The position numbers and the translations under genes were made by a program. Under the pieces are notes generated by a model. That model saw only the letters and a list, made by a program, of their open reading frames with translations. It was not told the DNA's origin and made no database searches. This document shows positions 59,539 through 64,000 of a DNA stretch of 64,000 bases, one piece after another. This DNA is from Vicugna vicugna (lineage: Eukaryota): positions 3,162,911 through 3,226,910 of the forward strand of contig MU058531.1 of NCBI GenBank assembly GCA_013265495.1. Direction: 5' to 3'. The stretch's first letter is position 1; each line of letters opens with the position of its first letter.

Positions 59539-60959
59539 TAAATTTGTCCCAAATATTTTTATGGCTGTACTCCCAATGCCTTGTATGGTGCGTGGCCTAG
59601 GTAAGTGTTTGTTGGATGAGTGAGATTGTTAGGATCTTACCTTAAAATAGAGTGCCCTGTTACATAAGGAAGAAGGCAGAGGTGGGCAGTGGTCCCCTAC
59701 TTTCCATTTTGCGTTTCTCAAAATGTCCATAGATAAGCAACATCCGAATTACTTGAAGATACAAATGCAGATTCCTGGGCCCGCCAGCTTTTGTGAACAA
59801 GGACCTCAGGGGCTGATTCTTAGAAATCTGCATTTGTAGCAAGCTACCTGGGAGACTCTTCTGTCCCCTAAAATTTGGGGACCCTGTACATTGAGAATGG
59901 TGGCCTTGAACTAGAAAACTCGTTTTATATGAACTGAGAATGCCTCTTTAGGAGGTCACCAAAGATCTCAAGGGAGCAGGAGACCAGCCCTGTCTTGTTC
60001 CTTCTCTTCTTGAGTCTCCTTTGGATGAAAAGTAAGTTCTTAGACAAGGTTGATCATCATAATCTCTGGGAGAGCGTTGCATGAGAATTCAGATCTACTA
60101 AATCGGAGGCACTGATGGCAACATGCTGACCATGGCAGGGCCTCAGAGAAGCTAGAGTTGCTGGGAAAAGTACAGGGAAGAGATGCTTTGAATGATGGGT
60201 AGAGTTACATGAACAGATTGGAAATGTTTGAGTATCCCAGAATTATAGACTCTACAGGCTTAGAGGCAGGAGCAGCATGGCCCAGGAGGATGCTCAATGT
60301 TAGAAGGCTCCTGAATCTCATTGACAAGTTGCTTTGGGATCTGGGTGGCAGCTTCAGGAACTCTTCTCTAGCTGCAAAACAGTTTCACGTTGTTGCTGCC
60401 AGATGTCCCTCTGGAAACAAACAGCAGAATCTTCCTATGGTGCTTACTCACGTCTCAAATGTGGCAACACAAAGCACTAAATGATCATCTGCCAGGAGTT
60501 CCCAGGTTCGTGACCCAATCAGCTGGACACTGGAGTTCAAAACCTCATGTTCAAATTTCATACCTTTGGCCAAGTCCTCCTCACGCAACACTCCACTCTA
60601 TTCCCCACAGGATTAAGGTGCTTGGAATGGGTGAGTGGTTTTCCCAGAGGCTCAACAATATCATAAAATTGTCCTCTCCCTGTCCCTCCCCCAGTTTATC
60701 ATTTAAGGAACAGGATTTGTGAGTAAGGCATCTAGACATTTGGGTTTTGAGAAACATGATCTGGGATTGATGAAGAACACGTCACCTCCATGGAGGGCTG
60801 AGGTGAGGGTTGTCACTCTCAGAACACACCTGGCTAGAGCAGCAGGTCCATGTGGGGAAGAGTGAAGAAGAAGGTTGGATAATTGATAGCAATTTGCCAG
60901 CCATGAAATGCCAAGAGCTAGTTCATCTTCTTATCCATCTTTCTATGCCAGTTTTATTG

Positions 60960-61270
60960 TCAAGCAAGTCTTGGCTCAAATGCCACCTCCTCAGAGAAGC
61001 CATCCTTAGGCACCTACTCTAAAATCACTCCCTCCCCACCCTGTCATCCTCCATCACATTACACTGTTTAATTTTGTTTAGAGCACTATTTATTACTTAA
61101 AATCACATCCCTCATTTACTTATTTACCTGTTTGCTATCTTTGCCCTTATGAGAATGTCAATTCCATGAGAACTGGGGCTATGTCAGTTTTGTTCACAGC
61201 TGTAATCCCTCCCCTAGATCCATGTCTACCATTCCTTAAGTACTCCATTAAATGGTTGTTGAGTGAATGC
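60960..61270 (+). mobile_element. L2 3' fragment
   Basis: ctcaaatgccacctcctcagagaagcc...gaatgtcaattccatgag...ttgttcacagctgtaatccc...gttgagtgaatg. Confidence 0.75.
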
Positions 61271-62344
61271 ACACGTTCACTCATTTTGTTTCCATTTAAC
61301 ATCATGAATATTTGCTAATCCATACCAGAACATGAGCACAAATGCAATGATGACAGAAGCATCTGCGTAAAGGGACCCATAGTTTGCACCGTTCCCCAGA
61401 ATCCATGTGGACCATTTGCGAATTCAGAACTACACTGACAAGTTCCGTGGAGAAAAAGACAAAAGTCAAGCATTTGCAAAGTCTTTACCAAATTGTTGCA
61501 TAGGATTTTATGATTTGACATTTAGGGGAAAATCAGCAAGTCACTCTAACATAAATCCAAGAGGTGACAGGTAATAATTATTCCTGAAATTACATTTTAA
61601 AGCCTTTAGCATGAAAATATTTTTAGGCAGATGCATGTAGTTCTCTTAAATTTTATCTCAGAAAAAAATAGACTTAAATGAGTCTTCTAATGAGTAAAAA
61701 TGTATTTTTAAAACTAAATAAAACTTGCCACAATCTGAATGTTCAATGAAGTATTTTGTTAAAATTTACACAGAGAAGAAAGAAATCAAATTCAATTAAT
61801 CACTAAGAGGTCAGAGTTCAGTCAAGGACAAAAGAGCTGGAAAATAGAATGTTAAAAGCTTCCACGTGTCAATGAAGTTGCACACAGCTTCCTGATGTAT
61901 AAGATTTTAATATTCAAAATTTTATCTATCTGCATCTCTGGGCTTAATTCTCCTATGTTTTGAATGTCACAAAAGTTCATTTCTTTGAATCTGCAAGGAG
62001 CAGAATTTTTCTAAAAATAGGCAAATAGGACCTGTACACCCTTTACCCTTCCAAAGTCTACATATCTATAATTACGCCTTGCTTTTAAGAAGGAGGCAGC
62101 TAAATTATCTGTGCCTTTTAAAGAAATGCTCAGGAAATTGGTTAAGGTTGTCAAATTTATAAGATGATTAACTAGCTTAAAGTAGGCTATTTTGGTTTCT
62201 ATTATTGACGTTGAAACTTTTGCCTTTGTTCATTTATTTTTCATTCCTTTCCTCCTAATGTTATTTGAGTCGTGGGTCTATGTCCATCACTAGACAACGT
62301 GTCTCAATTTCAGAGCCTCTCTGTTCTTTACAGAACTTAGCACA

Positions 62345-62660
62345 ACTCATTCATCGAACAAATACTTTTAAGTGCCTGCTATGATCTACTGCAGAAACAG
62401 CAGTAATCAAAGACATCTGCCTTCCTGGAGCTTGCGTTTTAGTGGGGAAGATGGACCATGAATAAGATAAACAAGTAAAATATGTACTCTTGCTAGATCG
62501 TGATGGGTGCTGTGGAGAAAGCCAAGCAGAGAAGGGTACATAGGACATCCGTGTGTGGGGGGAGGAAGATTTTAAATAGTATAGCCAGAAAAGGCCTCCA
62601 GAAGGGCGCCATCTGAGTAAAGGTGGGAAGGAAGTAGGGTCCGCTAGGCAGATGGAAAGC
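62345..62660 (-). mobile_element. L2 fragment
   Basis: tcattcatcgaacaaatactttta...tgcctgctatg...tgccttcctggagcttgcgtttt. Confidence 0.7.
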
Positions 62661-63063
62661 ACTCATGTGTATTGAGTAATTGAACCACGGTCAATCGGTT
62701 GCTCAGCTCTCATTGTGTTCAGGATGTCTCCTCCATTTGGGGGCTGATGTGTTTACATTGTAAAAGCCTTGTCCCTTCTTGTAACTCTCTCCTTATTCAC
62801 AGCCTATAAATAGCGATTCCAAATCAGCTGATGTATGTATTTACGTTCTCCAGAATAAATGACTCTGCACTGAGATTGGCTGGAAGGCCAGCTGAATGTG
62901 CAGGGGTTAATGCAGTAGCTTGGATTGGTGGAAGGTAATCAACGCCACCTGCAGCTGTGTGGATGTGGAACAGTGGGAAATGGAAGGAATCCAAGAATTC
63001 CAAAGAGAAAGCAGAAGACAGAGGTCTTGCCATTGGGAGTGAAGGTTTTATACACAAAAATAG

Positions 63064-63595
63064 TGTTGAGGATGGAGATATTTCCTCCTCAATCCCTCTT
63101 GAGCTCTTGTGGCTGGATTAATAATAAAATTGACACAAGGCAGAGTAACAGGAGAAAAAGAAACACGTTTTAATCCTGTGCACAGAGGTCTCATAGAAAT
63201 AGGACCTAAGAAGTGGCCAAAGCAGCCCAGCTTTCATACTTTTTAGACAAACAAATTTATGAGGAATTGACAGGACAAGAAACTTAGGTTTGGGTGCCCA
63301 ATTAGAGAAGACTTAAAACAAAATTTGGGCTTTGGGTAGTCAATGGGAGTGACAAGGTTTGTTTATCTAGGCTCCTTGGCTCCAAATCCCCTATCTTTGG
63401 CAATAAGGGTGTCCTTCTGCCTCCAGGTGCAGGGAGTGCACCTGTCACATGGCAGATTTATTTCTGCCTTTAGGGTAACAGAAAGGAGGGGCAGAGTGTC
63501 CCTCTTGCATTGGTCGTTTCTTAAGTAACTTAAATTCAAAATAATCAATATGCCATTGAGGCACATTTGGGGGTGGCAGACCCTGGGCCCCAATA
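63064..63595 (-). mobile_element. ERV1-class solo LTR
   Basis: tgttgagg...ccccaata termini with a perfect 4-bp TSD ATAG (63060-63063, 63596-63599). Confidence 0.8.
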
Positions 63596-64000
63596 ATAGC
63601 AACAAAACTGTGCACTGTAAGCTAGTTTCTACCTCAGGCATGTACATCTGTGGACTTTTCTGCAGCCTCACCTATTGGTCATACCCAAACACCAATTCTT
63701 GGCACAGACTACTGCCACAAGGAACTGAATGCTCTTTTAGCAATCTGTGCCTTTGCATGTGCTCTATACTCCTGACCCTTGGCCTCCTGTTTGTTCTTCC
63801 AGCACAACTCAAAATTCTACCTTCTCTGGCAAAACCCATTGAACCGTAGCTCTTAAGATTGATGGATCTCACTGTAGTGAATTATACCTCAAAGAAAAAA
63901 AAAAAAAAAGAAAGAAAAAGAAAAAGGAAAAAACTTCACCTCCTCCAAGAAGCCTTCCTGGTATAACCTTCCATTCCCCCACCACCACTCCACAACCCGT

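Noticed and set aside
37700..64000. A second protein-coding gene or novel system downstream of LGI1
   Set aside because: No recognisable exons or CpG-island promoter; dominated by repeats. Unannotated lncRNA exons or enhancers cannot be excluded from sequence alone.

Overview
Mammalian (eutherian) genomic DNA, not prokaryotic. It contains the complete, intact LGI1 gene (leucine-rich glioma-inactivated 1/epitempin) on the + strand. The 8 coding exons (5259-5473, 5879-5950, 23283-23354, 23453-23524, 30682-30753, 33296-33465, 33740-33904, 36457-37292) all have GT-AG introns and sum to 1674 nt = 557 aa + stop, with a poly(A) signal at 37623. The rest is intronic/intergenic sequence rich in ancient repeats (MIR, L2, old L1, hAT/Tigger DNA elements, MaLR/ERV solo LTRs), plus younger L1 3' ends, a truncated 5S rRNA retrocopy in intron 2 and a 199-N gap. 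The L1 3'UTR style and the absence of recognisable Alu/BovB/PRE1 suggest a camelid-like artiodactyl (inference). I found no evidence of a novel multi-gene system; apart from the ORFs containing LGI1 exons, those in the track look like noise or repeat fragments. The most notable observations are regulatory or evolutionary: a start-stop uORF plus an out-of-frame uORF overlapping the LGI1 start, an intact internal exon-8 acceptor giving a 291-aa isoform, a six-tract promoter G-quadruplex, and a nested LTR-in-LTR-in-L1 with an anomalous ~50-bp flanking duplication.
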